A DNA stretch of 64,000 nucleotides, from the NCBI GenBank assembly GCA_902783285.1, contig CACZQM010000080.1, positions 11,872-75,871 on the forward strand, written 5' to 3'. Positions 1 to 9,448 of this stretch are shown here, in pieces. The notes under the pieces were generated by a model. It ran no database searches. It saw nothing but the letters and a program-made list of their open reading frames with translations, and had not been told where the DNA came from. This DNA is from an uncultured Desulfovibrio sp. GTDB lineage: Bacteria; Desulfobacterota; Desulfovibrionia; Desulfovibrionales; Desulfovibrionaceae. Positions within the stretch are counted from its first letter, which is position 1. Each line of letters opens with the position of its first letter. Position numbers and translations under genes: made by a program.

Positions 1-1146
1 TTCCAGGCGGTCCATGGCTTCCGCGATCTTCTCTTCACTGACAGTGCAGGCAAGGCGGATGCAGCCGCGGACCGTCTGATCGGGACCGAACGGAAAACCA
101 GGGACGACGACGACATGTTCCTTGTCAAGCAGGTCAACGGCGAACGCAAAGCTGTCTTTTTCCGCGGCCTCGATATGGGGGAACAGATAGAATGTTCCTG
201 CAGGCTTGATGCACTGCACATCCGGCATGGCGATAAGACGCCGGTAGGCAAGGTCCGTGCGCCTGCGGTAGGCATCTACGAAGGCGAGGAATTCATCCTG
301 CGGACCCGTCATGGCATGGAAGGCTGCACGCTGTCCGGGGCTGTTCGTGCTTGCAATGGAGTAGCTCAGCACCTTGATCATCTCGCGCATTATCCATGCC
401 GGTCCCACGGCAAAGCCCACGCGCCAGCCCGTCATGGCATAGGCCTTGGAAAAGGAATTGAGGATGACGGTGCGGTCGGACATCCCCGGGCGGGTGGAGA
501 TGCTTTCGATGGGTGCTGAGAAGGTGATCCTGTCATACACTTCGTCGGAGATGACGATCAGGTCATGCTCGAGGGCAAACTCTGCCATCATGTCAAGCGT
601 TTCCGGCGGCAGTACTATTCCAGAAGGATTGCATGGCGAATTGATGAGCAGCGCTTTTGTATGCGGCGTGAGGCATGCCTGGAGATCTTCCCGTGAGGGG
701 ATGAATCCCTCAGAGAATTTCGTGGGGACCATGACAAGGGTCGCACCTGCAAGCCCGCAGTGGCCCTGATAGTCAGAAAAGCATGGAGCTGGGCAGATGA
801 CTTCGTCACCTTCCGAAAGGAGCGTGAGCATCACGGCAAGGAGCCCGTGCATGGCGCCCGTCGTGATGAGAAGGTTTTCATCTCCGTAGGGTATGCCCGT
901 CTTCCTGCGGATCTCCTGGAGCAGCGCGGCCCTCAGGTCTTCGTCGCCATGCGACGGTGCATAGTGCGTGAAGCCTTTCATGGCGTCCCGCATGGCGGCT
1001 TCGCACACGAAGGCGGGAGTATCGAAGTCTGGTTCGCCTATGCTCAGGGAAATGACGTCGTCATACGCCTTGGCGCGTGCGACCATGTCCCGGATCACGC
1101 TGAACCGCTGTGCCGTGACGCGGCTGTTCAATGATTTGCTGTCCAT
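1..1146 (-). CDS. PLP-dependent aminotransferase class I/II (3' end runs off the window)
   Basis: Manual translation: starts MDSKSLNSRVTAQRFSVIRDMVARAKAYDDVISLSIGEPDFDTP and reaches HVVVVPGFPFGPDQTVRGCIRLACTVSEEKIAEAMDRLE at the edge. Both ends match the AspAT family. Missing from the ORF track because no stop lies in the window. Confidence 0.9.
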   Translation of the reverse strand, partial: MDSKSLNSRVTAQRFSVIRDMVARAKAYDDVISLSIGEPDFDTPAFVCEAAMRDAMKGFTHYAPSHGDEDLRAALLQEIRRKTGIPYGDENLLITTGAMHGLLAVMLTLLSEGDEVICPAPCFSDYQGHCGLAGATLVMVPTKFSEGFIPSREDLQACLTPHTKALLINSPCNPSGIVLPPETLDMMAEFALEHDLIVISDEVYDRITFSAPIESISTRPGMSDRTVILNSFSKAYAMTGWRVGFAVGPAWIMREMIKVLSYSIASTNSPGQRAAFHAMTGPQDEFLAFVDAYRRRTDLAYRRLIAMPDVQCIKPAGTFYLFPHIEAAEKDSFAFAVDLLDKEHVVVVPGFPFGPDQTVRGCIRLACTVSEEKIAEAMDRLE

Positions 1147-1162
1147 GATCTGATCCTGAGGA

Positions 1163-2440
1163 TTACAGGTACCCCAGCAGGCGGGGGAGGGTAAGGCAGA
1201 GGGGCGGTACATAGGTGATCAGGAGGAGCACTCCGAATTCCACCCATACGAACGGAAGCACGGATCTGATGACGTAGCTCAGGTCAAGCTTCGTGACGCC
1301 GCAGACGACAAAAAGGCAGACGCCGAGCGGCGGAGTCAACAGTCCGATGGCCATGTTGAGGACCATGATCATGCCGAAATGCAGAGGCTCGATGCCGACT
1401 TGCGTGGCTACGTTCAGCAGTGTGGGGGAAAGGATGATGATGGCAGCTCCTCCCTCAAGGAACATGCCGACGAACAGCAGGAGCACGTTGAGCAGGAGCA
1501 GGATGGCAAATTTGTTCGTTGTCAGGGATTGTATCATCGCCGCAAGCTGGTTGGGGATCTGCTCCGAGGCAAGCAGCCATGCAAAGGCGTTCGCCGTGCC
1601 GATGATGAGCAGGAGCACAGCGGTCGTGACAACGCTGGAGGAAACGACTTCGACAAGATCCCTGGGCTTGATCGTGCGGTAGCACAGACCGAGCAGGAAT
1701 GCGTAGAGGACGGCTACGGCAGCGGCTTCGGTCGGGGTAAAGATGCCGAACATGATCCCGCCCATGATGATGCCGGGGGCAAGCAGGGCGGGACCGGCGT
1801 TGTAGAGCTCTTTAAGGACGCGGCGCAGCGTGAGGGGGGTTGGATCCTTGGGATAGTTGTTCCGGATGGAGACGAAATAGCTGTACACCATCATGCTTAT
1901 GCCGAGCATGAGGCCAGGGACGATGCCCGCAACAAAAAGACCTCCTATCGACATGCCGGTCGTCACGCCCATGATGACCATGAGTATGGAAGGGGGGATG
2001 ATGGGGCCCATGGTGGAGGAAGCCGCAGTGACAGCCGCGCTGAAGCCGGGGTCATAGCCGTTTCGGACCATGCCGGGCACCATGATGGAACCGATGGCAG
2101 CCGTATCGGCGACGGCGGAGCCGCTGATGCCGCCGAAGAACATGGAGGCGGCGATATTGGCGTGTGCGAGCCCACCGGGGATGCGGCCGACCAGCATGTA
2201 GGAAAAGTCGATGAGCCGCTGCGTGATGCCGCATTTGTTCATCAGGTCGCCGGCGAGCACAAAGAATGGCACGGCTAGCAGGGAGAAGGAATTGAATCCC
2301 TGGAACATGCGCTGCACGACGACGAGCATGGACACATCATGGAAGAGCAGCCCTGCGCATGCTGTCAGGGCAAGGCATATCGCGACGGGGAAACCAAGGA
2401 ACAGGGTGGTAAGGAAGACGGAGAATATGATAGCCAGCAT
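1163..2440 (-). CDS. dctM: TRAP transporter large permease
   Basis: Highly hydrophobic, with GGISGSAVAD, GPIIPPS, FTPTEAA and LTPPLG motifs. GAGGT RBS precedes the ATG at 2440. Confidence 0.93.
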   Translation of the reverse strand: MLAIIFSVFLTTLFLGFPVAICLALTACAGLLFHDVSMLVVVQRMFQGFNSFSLLAVPFFVLAGDLMNKCGITQRLIDFSYMLVGRIPGGLAHANIAASMFFGGISGSAVADTAAIGSIMVPGMVRNGYDPGFSAAVTAASSTMGPIIPPSILMVIMGVTTGMSIGGLFVAGIVPGLMLGISMMVYSYFVSIRNNYPKDPTPLTLRRVLKELYNAGPALLAPGIIMGGIMFGIFTPTEAAAVAVLYAFLLGLCYRTIKPRDLVEVVSSSVVTTAVLLLIIGTANAFAWLLASEQIPNQLAAMIQSLTTNKFAILLLLNVLLLFVGMFLEGGAAIIILSPTLLNVATQVGIEPLHFGMIMVLNMAIGLLTPPLGVCLFVVCGVTKLDLSYVIRSVLPFVWVEFGVLLLITYVPPLCLTLPRLLGYL

Positions 2441-2448
2441 GCCGCACC

Positions 2449-3066
2449 TCAGCTTTTGCCCGTGGAATTCAGAGGGTCGAAGATCTCGGTCTCCTTCTCG
2501 CAGTCTGCTGCGACTTCGGCAAGGTTTTCCATGACGGTGGATGCTATCTGGGCATCGGAACCGGCATTCGTAGGCCATTTGTCCTGGAGCATGTCAGCGA
2601 TGACATTGAGCGCCATCAACGCGCCGCCGACAGGCAGGGCCAGATAGGGATAGATCATGGGCAGGTCCATCGCCGGAGAGTGCTGCGCAGCACCGCGCAT
2701 GGCAAAGGTCCATCCCTTGACCATGAGCATCAGGAAAAAGGCGAGCATGACAAGATGGATCACCGGGGCAAGGTATTTGTCATAGAGGCCATCGGGGAGG
2801 CGGTCAACGATGACCCGGACGCCCAGATGCCTTCCCTGGCGGAGGGCGACAGCGCTTCCGAGCATGGCCATCCAGCACATGCTGAAGCGGGCGATCTCCT
2901 CGCTGGTTTCGAATGTGAAGAGATTGGTGAAGCGGCAGAACACCTGGCCAAGCGTCGCCGCTGTCATGAGAAGGCAAAGCGCTATCCCTGCCCAGAGGCT
3001 CACTTTCATGAGCGCATTGGTGAGCTGGTTGACACGAAGGGATAACAACGTCATGACATTTTTCAT
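2449..3066 (-). CDS. dctQ: TRAP transporter small permease with acidic C-terminal tail
   Basis: Four TM segments, SEEIARF and HLGV motifs, located between dctP and dctM. Confidence 0.9.
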   Translation of the reverse strand: MKNVMTLLSLRVNQLTNALMKVSLWAGIALCLLMTAATLGQVFCRFTNLFTFETSEEIARFSMCWMAMLGSAVALRQGRHLGVRVIVDRLPDGLYDKYLAPVIHLVMLAFFLMLMVKGWTFAMRGAAQHSPAMDLPMIYPYLALPVGGALMALNVIADMLQDKWPTNAGSDAQIASTVMENLAEVAADCEKETEIFDPLNSTGKS

Positions 3067-3086
3067 TAACTTACCTCAAAATACGA

Positions 3087-3111
3087 AAAAGTATGGTGGT
3101 GCCATACTTTT
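3087..3111 (-). terminator. Hairpin between dctP and dctQ (partial terminator or stabiliser)
   Basis: Perfect 10-bp stem AAAAGTATGG/CCATACTTTT with a 5-nt loop, just upstream of the dctQ RBS. A second GC hairpin lies at about 3181-3207. Confidence 0.55.
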
Positions 3112-3218
3112 GCAAGGCTCCGCACAGGAAAAAGTCGGGGACGATGCCACCGCTAAAAGACCATGCGGAATTAAACGGAGGCAGGGAGCCAGTGAAAGGC
3201 CCCCTGCACAGATGGATA

Positions 3219-4307
3219 TTATTTGCCGCGTGCGACCTTGACCATCTCCTGGGCCTGCTTGATGCATTCGTCAAGCATCTGCTGCTCTTTGCCGGCAACC
3301 TTCTTGGCGGCATCGTCAGCAGCCTTGATGGCGCCGTCGACCCAGTCCTTGCCGATCTTCTTTGAGATGATCTCCATAGCAGCCGGCTGGGCGGCGTCAC
3401 GGAACATTTTCTGTTCATCGGGCGTCACAGCATGGATCTTCATGCCTTTGTCCGCCATCTCCTTGAGGGAGGCGGCATCGCTGGCTGCGGTTATGCCCGC
3501 ATGGACGGTGCAGAAAGCCTCGGCACCCTTGTAGAGGGCGGCCTGCTGTTCCTTGGAAAGGCTCTGGAATTTGTCTTCGTTGATGAAGATGACAAGCGGT
3601 CCGTACAGGTGTCCGTCAAGGACCATGCTGTCCTGGACTTCAAAGAACTTGTGGTCATGGATGTTCGCGATGGGGCACTCCATGCCGTCGACAACGCCCT
3701 GCTGCAGCGCCATGTAGAGTTCGCTGTAGGAAATGGGGGTGGGAGAGGCTCCCAGGCCTCTGGTCATTGCCATGTGGGCAGGATTTTCCATGACGCGGAT
3801 CTTAAGGCCCTTCATGTCTGCGGGCGTACGGAGTTCAGCGCCTTTGGCCGTGAAATGGCGGTATCCGTGCTCAGCGATGCCAAGGATGCGGACGCCGGTC
3901 TTCTTAAGGAATTCATCGCACAGGTGCTTCACAAAATCAGATTTGTAGAATTCCCAGCCGGCGGCGTTGCTGCTGATGAGGTAGGGGATATCGAAGACCA
4001 TGGTCTGGGGGAAGAAGTTTGCAGCCGGGCCGCTGGTCAGCGTCCCCATGTCAATAGTGCCCATCTGGATGCCTTCCAGGGCTTCCGCTTCACCACCGAG
4101 CTTGCTGGCATGGTAGAACACGAGTTCAACTTCGCCGTTCGTCGCTTTCTTGACGTAGTCAGTATAGACGTCAGCAGCGCACACAGTACGGTTTTCAGGA
4201 GTGTCTGGTCCTGAATTGGCGACTTTAAGGGTGACTTTTGCATCCGCAGAAACAGCTCCCGCAAGCAGCATGGCTACGGTAACCAAGGTGGCAAATTGTT
4301 TTTTCAC
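3219..4307 (-). CDS. dctP: TRAP transporter substrate-binding protein
   Basis: Signal peptide after a GTG start (MKKQFATLVTVAMLLAGAVSADA). Contains DMKGLKIRVM, SELYMALQQGVVDGMECP and the family Arg. Confidence 0.92.
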   Translation of the reverse strand: MKKQFATLVTVAMLLAGAVSADAKVTLKVANSGPDTPENRTVCAADVYTDYVKKATNGEVELVFYHASKLGGEAEALEGIQMGTIDMGTLTSGPAANFFPQTMVFDIPYLISSNAAGWEFYKSDFVKHLCDEFLKKTGVRILGIAEHGYRHFTAKGAELRTPADMKGLKIRVMENPAHMAMTRGLGASPTPISYSELYMALQQGVVDGMECPIANIHDHKFFEVQDSMVLDGHLYGPLVIFINEDKFQSLSKEQQAALYKGAEAFCTVHAGITAASDAASLKEMADKGMKIHAVTPDEQKMFRDAAQPAAMEIISKKIGKDWVDGAIKAADDAAKKVAGKEQQMLDECIKQAQEMVKVARGK

Positions 4308-4842
4308 AGTCAAAAACCTCGCATGGTGGATGTGGACATGATCGTCAAAAAACCTACGGCTACTCTCCATATATCCATACTGTTCCATTGTCAAGCAAAT
4401 GCTTGTTTGTCACAGGGCGTTTTATTGCAAAATTGTTAAATTTACTGTAACTATGATTATATAAAAACAGTAATAATGAAAATTTTATACTGTATTTGTG
4501 ATATATTTGATGTTATTTTCTCATATATCGATGGAGCAATTACTGTTTTTTATCCTGATGGGCATTGACGTTTTTTTATCATGATCCTGCGATGCATCTG
4601 TTGTGACAGATCATGCTGCGATATGCGTGGTTTTATCCATCTGGGTCATTCCTGTTTTGCCGTGTGCTCCTGTCCGGACGTCGAGCAGTTGGAAGCTGTC
4701 TTGCCCGCATTCCTATGCCGGCAATCATGGGATGACGGCGCACGCAGGGAGGACAGGCGCTCCTTTGACCGTTTTTGAGTAGGTGCAGGGACGTGGCGGC
4801 ATCTGCCCGCGACAGTGCCGGATCTGATGGAGGGACAGAAAA

Positions 4843-4866
4843 GGGAGGCGGTAGCGCGCCTCCCTG
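4843..4866 (-). terminator. Intrinsic terminator downstream of tRNA-Ala
   Basis: GGGAGGCG...CGCCTCCC stem followed by TTTTC on the minus strand. Confidence 0.65.
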
Positions 4867-4933
4867 AAATGAAACGGATCCGGAATCCCATACGAAATCA
4901 ATCTGCGGGACCGGCCCGGATATGTTGAAATCA

Positions 4934-5009
4934 TGGTGGAGATGAAGAGATTTGAACTCTCGACCCCTGCCTTGCGAAGGCAATGCTCTCCCAGCTGAGC
5001 TACATCCCC
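4934..5009 (-). tRNA. tRNA-Ala(CGC)
   Basis: GGGGATGTAGCTCAGCTGGGAGAGC...TT-CGC-AA...GTTCAAAT...CATCTCCACCA; 76 nt, G3:U70 alanine identity pair, encoded CCA. Confidence 0.97.
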
Positions 5010-5031
5010 ACACAAAAAATCGACGAGAAAT

Positions 5032-5060
5032 CTTCTATACAAGCATATTGCGGATGTCAA
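5032..5060 (-). promoter_or_regulatory. Sigma70-type promoter of tRNA-Ala
   Basis: TTGACA at 5060-5055, with a TATAGA/TAGAAG -10-like element 15-17 nt downstream. Confidence 0.5.
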
Positions 5061-5132
5061 GCATAAATCAAGGTATAAAAATGCAATATCGGGTACGTGG
5101 CACAGGGTCATGAAGCACGATGGATAGGCAGG

Positions 5133-7562
5133 TCAGGAAATATCTCCGGCGCCTTTCCCGGAGCAGAGCATGAGATCCCCCCAGTAAGCCTGCCCCAGCG
5201 AAATGGCACCATCGCCAAAAGGAAAAGCTGATGGCGCCACGGGGTTTAAGCCAAGATTCGACAATTCGTGCATCGTTTCGGCAAGCAGGGTACGGTTGTT
5301 GAATACGCCTCCAGCCAGTACGACGTCATCCGCTTGGTATGTTTCCGAAGCCTTGCAGGCCCATTTTGCAAGTCCCTTGGCAAGGCCCCTGTGAAAGCGC
5401 CGTGCCATGATGCCGGGTCGGTCCCTGTCCCCGGCTGCTTCTCTGAACAAGACATGGACATCAGCTTCAAGCAAGGTGTTTTTTTCTGCTATCGGCAGAT
5501 CATAGTACCCGTTTTCATCAGCATCCTGTGCTTGTTCGAGCCTGATCGCTGCCTGGCCTTCATAGGTTATATCAAAGCATAGTCCGCCTAATGCAGAAAC
5601 GGCATCAAAAAGCCTGCCGCAACTGGATGTTTCAGGACAATTCATGCCATGTTCGATCATTTCATGGAGGGCGGACCGTAGTCGTTCGCGGCCGTCATGC
5701 CAAGGCGCATGGCCAATAATGCCATGTTGCATGCACAATGCTTCGGCAATGCGCCATGGAGATCGTATGGCTGCTTCGCCTCCCGGGAGGAGGATGGGGG
5801 AAAACCGGCCGATGCGCTGCCACCGGCAGGGCCCAACAAGCAGAAGCTCACCGCCCCAGAGTGTCCCGTCTCCGCCATATCCTGTGCCATCCAGCGCTAT
5901 GCCGATGACCGTGTGCGCGATCGTATGCTCTGCCATGACGGCGCAGATGTGCGCAACATGGTGCTGAAGAGCAATGAGCGGGATGTGGGACTGCTCCGAA
6001 AACTGCTTTGCAAAAAGGGTCGAGCTGTAATCGGGATGCAGGTCCCGCACGATCAACTGGGGGGTGACTTCCAGGAGGGAGAGGAAATGGCGGAAGGTCT
6101 TTTCGTAGAATCCGAAGCATTCTGCCGTGGCAAGGTCGCCTATGTGCTGGCTCACAAAAGCTTCCTTGCCCCGGGTCAGGCAGAAGGTGCTCTTCAATTC
6201 AGCGCCGACCCCTAAAATGCTTTGATCAGGTTTTCGGTTGTCGTGCGCCGGGAGCAGGGATGGGGCGGGGGTATACCCCCTTGCACGCCGGATGATGCCT
6301 GATGAGGGCAGGCCTTTGTCTGGCCAGGCTGGAAAGACGACGGAATCATCTGCACGAACGACGATATCGCGGTCATGGAACAGGAAAAGATCGGCGATCC
6401 CGTCAAGCATGCGCCTGGCTTCCCGGTTTCCTATGCAAAGGGGGGTCCCTGGAGGGTTGCCGGATGTCATGACAAGGCAGTCAGGGGAATCTCCTGCATC
6501 CCCGCCGCAGAGTTCAGGATGGAAAAGCAGATGATGCAGGGGGGTCGACGGCAGCATGAGGCCTATGTCTCCCGTATCCGGAGACAATGAGCGCGGGAGT
6601 GAACTATGAGGGCAGATGACGATGGGACGGCAGGGGGATCCCAGAAGGATCCGGGCGTCGCTGACTTGCGGTCCTATGTCGGCAAGATGCGCAGCAGCAT
6701 CGATATCTGCTGCCATGACCGCCAGTGGCTTATGCGGGCGGTGTTTGCGTTCGCGGAGGCGTTGGATGGCGTCCGTGTTCCGTGCATCGCATACAAGATG
6801 GAAGCCTCCAAGCCCCTTTACAGCGGCGATGCGGCCTTTGCTAAGCTCGCGAAGCAGCAGCAGGACAGCCTCATCCCCTGTCGTTTCTGCGCCATGGACG
6901 CCGTAGCGGATAAGCCGGAAGGGGAGAGTGCCGCCTGCCAGGGCAGCGCTTGTGAAATCAGATCCGGGAGGGTCCGCTCGCTCAAGCCAAAGCATGGGGC
7001 CGCATTCGGGGCAGGCATTAGGCTGGGCATGGAAGCGCCGGTCGCTTGGAGAATGATATTCGTCGCTGCAGCGTCTGCAGAGGGGGAAGCATGCCATGGA
7101 GGTGACAGGCCTGTCATATGGGATCGACGTGGTGATGGTGTAGCGCGGACCACAGTCGGTGCAGTTGGTAAAGGCATAGCCAAATCGACGGTTGCCGGGG
7201 TCAGACATATCCGCAAGGCAATGGGCGCAAGGGGCGACATCGGGACTGACAAGCACGGCATGCCCCCGATGCGATCCTTCAGAACTGAGAAGTATCTTGA
7301 ATTCCCCCTCATCGGTGACGACATCTGCATCGTGCTGGACGACGGAGGAGATCCTGGCCAGCGGAGGCAGCCTTTGGCTGAAGGTCGAGAACGATGCCAG
7401 TGCCGAAGGGGTGCCCTGCACTTCTATGCGTACACCCTCCGGGGTATTTTGAACGGAGCCTGTGAGTCCAAGGCATTGTGCCTCGCGAAAGATGAACGGC
7501 CGGAAACCGACGCCTTGGACTTGACCGCCGATAATGTAGATGACCCTTCTAAGTTCTTCCAT
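5133..7562 (-). CDS. hypF: [NiFe]-hydrogenase maturation carbamoyltransferase
   Basis: Acylphosphatase domain (GQVQGVGFRPF), two Zn fingers (CAHC...CTDC, CRRC...CPEC), KGLGGFHL, QHHVAH, DGTGYG and PFGDGAISLGQ. Confidence 0.96.
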   Translation of the reverse strand: MEELRRVIYIIGGQVQGVGFRPFIFREAQCLGLTGSVQNTPEGVRIEVQGTPSALASFSTFSQRLPPLARISSVVQHDADVVTDEGEFKILLSSEGSHRGHAVLVSPDVAPCAHCLADMSDPGNRRFGYAFTNCTDCGPRYTITTSIPYDRPVTSMACFPLCRRCSDEYHSPSDRRFHAQPNACPECGPMLWLERADPPGSDFTSAALAGGTLPFRLIRYGVHGAETTGDEAVLLLLRELSKGRIAAVKGLGGFHLVCDARNTDAIQRLRERKHRPHKPLAVMAADIDAAAHLADIGPQVSDARILLGSPCRPIVICPHSSLPRSLSPDTGDIGLMLPSTPLHHLLFHPELCGGDAGDSPDCLVMTSGNPPGTPLCIGNREARRMLDGIADLFLFHDRDIVVRADDSVVFPAWPDKGLPSSGIIRRARGYTPAPSLLPAHDNRKPDQSILGVGAELKSTFCLTRGKEAFVSQHIGDLATAECFGFYEKTFRHFLSLLEVTPQLIVRDLHPDYSSTLFAKQFSEQSHIPLIALQHHVAHICAVMAEHTIAHTVIGIALDGTGYGGDGTLWGGELLLVGPCRWQRIGRFSPILLPGGEAAIRSPWRIAEALCMQHGIIGHAPWHDGRERLRSALHEMIEHGMNCPETSSCGRLFDAVSALGGLCFDITYEGQAAIRLEQAQDADENGYYDLPIAEKNTLLEADVHVLFREAAGDRDRPGIMARRFHRGLAKGLAKWACKASETYQADDVVLAGGVFNNRTLLAETMHELSNLGLNPVAPSAFPFGDGAISLGQAYWGDLMLCSGKGAGDIS

Positions 7563-7798
7563 ACCTTATGTCATCATTGGTGCTGTTTGCTAACAATAAA
7601 TATATATCAAGCGGATATCAAAATAAAGAGTTTGAAACGCAAAATTTTTCTTGAGTAACTTTTTCGCGTGATTTACCATATATTTTGCTGGTCATAGCTT
7701 TGTAATATCGAGTCGTGCGTTTATGTGCTGCAAAAATCAAACGTTGTTCTTCACCCGGCAGTGACTGTGGAAATGCCAGTTGCATGAAGGGATCTGAC

Positions 7799-9448
7799 AT
7801 GCCTTCTTTTTATATCCAAGATCGCACCCTTGGGCAGATGCTTGACGAGACCGTCAGGCGTTTTCCCGACCGTGATGCAATAATCTACGTTGGAAGCGGC
7901 ACGAAGCAGACATGGCGGGAGTTTTCTGAGACTGTGGAAAAACTCGGGCGCGGACTCCTGGCGCTTGGTGTGAAGCCGGGAGAGAAGATCGCGCTCTGGG
8001 CGACGAATGTGCCATACTGGGTGGCCATGCTTTTTGCTGCGGCCCGCATCGGGGCTGTGTTGCTTGCCGTAAATACAAACTATCGTGACCACGAATTAAA
8101 GTATCTGATCAGCCAGTCTGAATGCGAGAATTTTGTTTGTCTCGATTCGTTTTTGGACTACGACTACATTGCGGCGTTGGACCGCCTCATACCTGACCTT
8201 GGGGAACAGCCTGAAGGCAATGTGCGATCGGCAGAATTCCCAAAGCTCAGGCGCGTTATATGCATCAGGGAAACAACGCATCCGGGGATCATCTCTCTTT
8301 CGAAAGTATTTGAACTTTCAGGAAGAGTATCACAACATGAATATGATGCAGTATGTTCCGGCGTTGTCCCTTCGGATGTCGTCAACATGCAGTACACTTC
8401 CGGGACGACTGGAGTGCCTAAAGGCGTCATGCTGACGCATGCCGGTATCGTCAGGAATGGATACAGTATTGGAGAGCGTGAAGAACTGTCAGAAAACGAT
8501 CGCGTCGTCATCCCTGTTCCCCTGTTCCATTGCTTTGGGATCGTTTTGGGAGTGATGGCTTGCGTCTCCCACGGCGCAGCAATGATCATCCTCGAGAGTT
8601 TTTCTCCAGAAAAGGTCATGTCCAGCATAGAAGCCGAAAAGGCTACGGTTTTATATGGCGTGCCTTCCAATTTTACTGCCATATTGGGGCACAGGCGGTT
8701 CAAGCAATATGACTATGGCAGTTTAAGAGCTATTTTGATGAGTGGTTCCGTGTGCCCTGAGCCTTTGATCAGGCAAGTCTTGCGCACGATGGGCATCGAT
8801 GCGGTGTATATCCCTTACGGGCTGACAGAGGCATCGCCTGTCATCACGATGACCGCTGCGGGTGACACGGATGCGCATCGATTCTTTACCGTGGGCAAGG
8901 CCCTGGATCATGTCGAGGTCCAGATACGGGATGTTGCTACGGGATCGCCCCTTGCTCCGGGAACCCCCGGTGAAGTGTGCTGCCGCGGCTATAATGTCAT
9001 GAAGGGGTACTATAACATGCCTGAGGCAACGGCCGAAGCCATCACAAGCGACGGCTGGCTGAAAACGGGTGACTTGGGCGTGCTTGACGATGAAGGGTAC
9101 CTGACGATCACCGGCAGGATCAAGGATATGATCGTGCGCGGCGGGGAAAACATTTACCCGCGGGAGATAGAAGAAGATCTTTTGCGCATGCCGGGGATTT
9201 CCGACATCCAGGTCGTTGGCGTGCCTTCCAAGCGTTACGGTGAAGATGTGGTCGCCTTTATCATTGCCGCACAAGGATATGCCATCGGTGCAGAAGACAT
9301 CCGTGAATTCTGCCGGGGCAGGGTGGCATGGCACAAAGTTCCTAAATATGTCGTGTGTGTCGATGAATTTCCTAAAACAGCAAATGGAAAAGTCCAGAAG
9401 ATCAAGCTCAGGGAAAGGGCACTGGAGTTGTTCCCTGATGCAAAATGA
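7799..9448 (+). CDS. AMP-binding acyl-CoA synthetase (ANL superfamily)
   Basis: QYTSGTTGVPKG P-loop, YGLTEASP, TGDLG, RGGENIYP and KTANGKVQK. GAAGGGA RBS before ATG 7799. Confidence 0.92.
   Translation: MPSFYIQDRTLGQMLDETVRRFPDRDAIIYVGSGTKQTWREFSETVEKLGRGLLALGVKPGEKIALWATNVPYWVAMLFAAARIGAVLLAVNTNYRDHELKYLISQSECENFVCLDSFLDYDYIAALDRLIPDLGEQPEGNVRSAEFPKLRRVICIRETTHPGIISLSKVFELSGRVSQHEYDAVCSGVVPSDVVNMQYTSGTTGVPKGVMLTHAGIVRNGYSIGEREELSENDRVVIPVPLFHCFGIVLGVMACVSHGAAMIILESFSPEKVMSSIEAEKATVLYGVPSNFTAILGHRRFKQYDYGSLRAILMSGSVCPEPLIRQVLRTMGIDAVYIPYGLTEASPVITMTAAGDTDAHRFFTVGKALDHVEVQIRDVATGSPLAPGTPGEVCCRGYNVMKGYYNMPEATAEAITSDGWLKTGDLGVLDDEGYLTITGRIKDMIVRGGENIYPREIEEDLLRMPGISDIQVVGVPSKRYGEDVVAFIIAAQGYAIGAEDIREFCRGRVAWHKVPKYVVCVDEFPKTANGKVQKIKLRERALELFPDAK

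Noticed and set aside
4581-4778. 65-aa Cys-rich ORF between the TRAP promoter and tRNA-Ala
   Set aside because: No RBS, no recognisable Cys spacing and no family resemblance. It cannot be supported without homologues.
4560-4934. tRNA-Ala 3' end as an island integration site
   Set aside because: No duplicated tRNA 3' end, no integrase, and a normal terminator follows.
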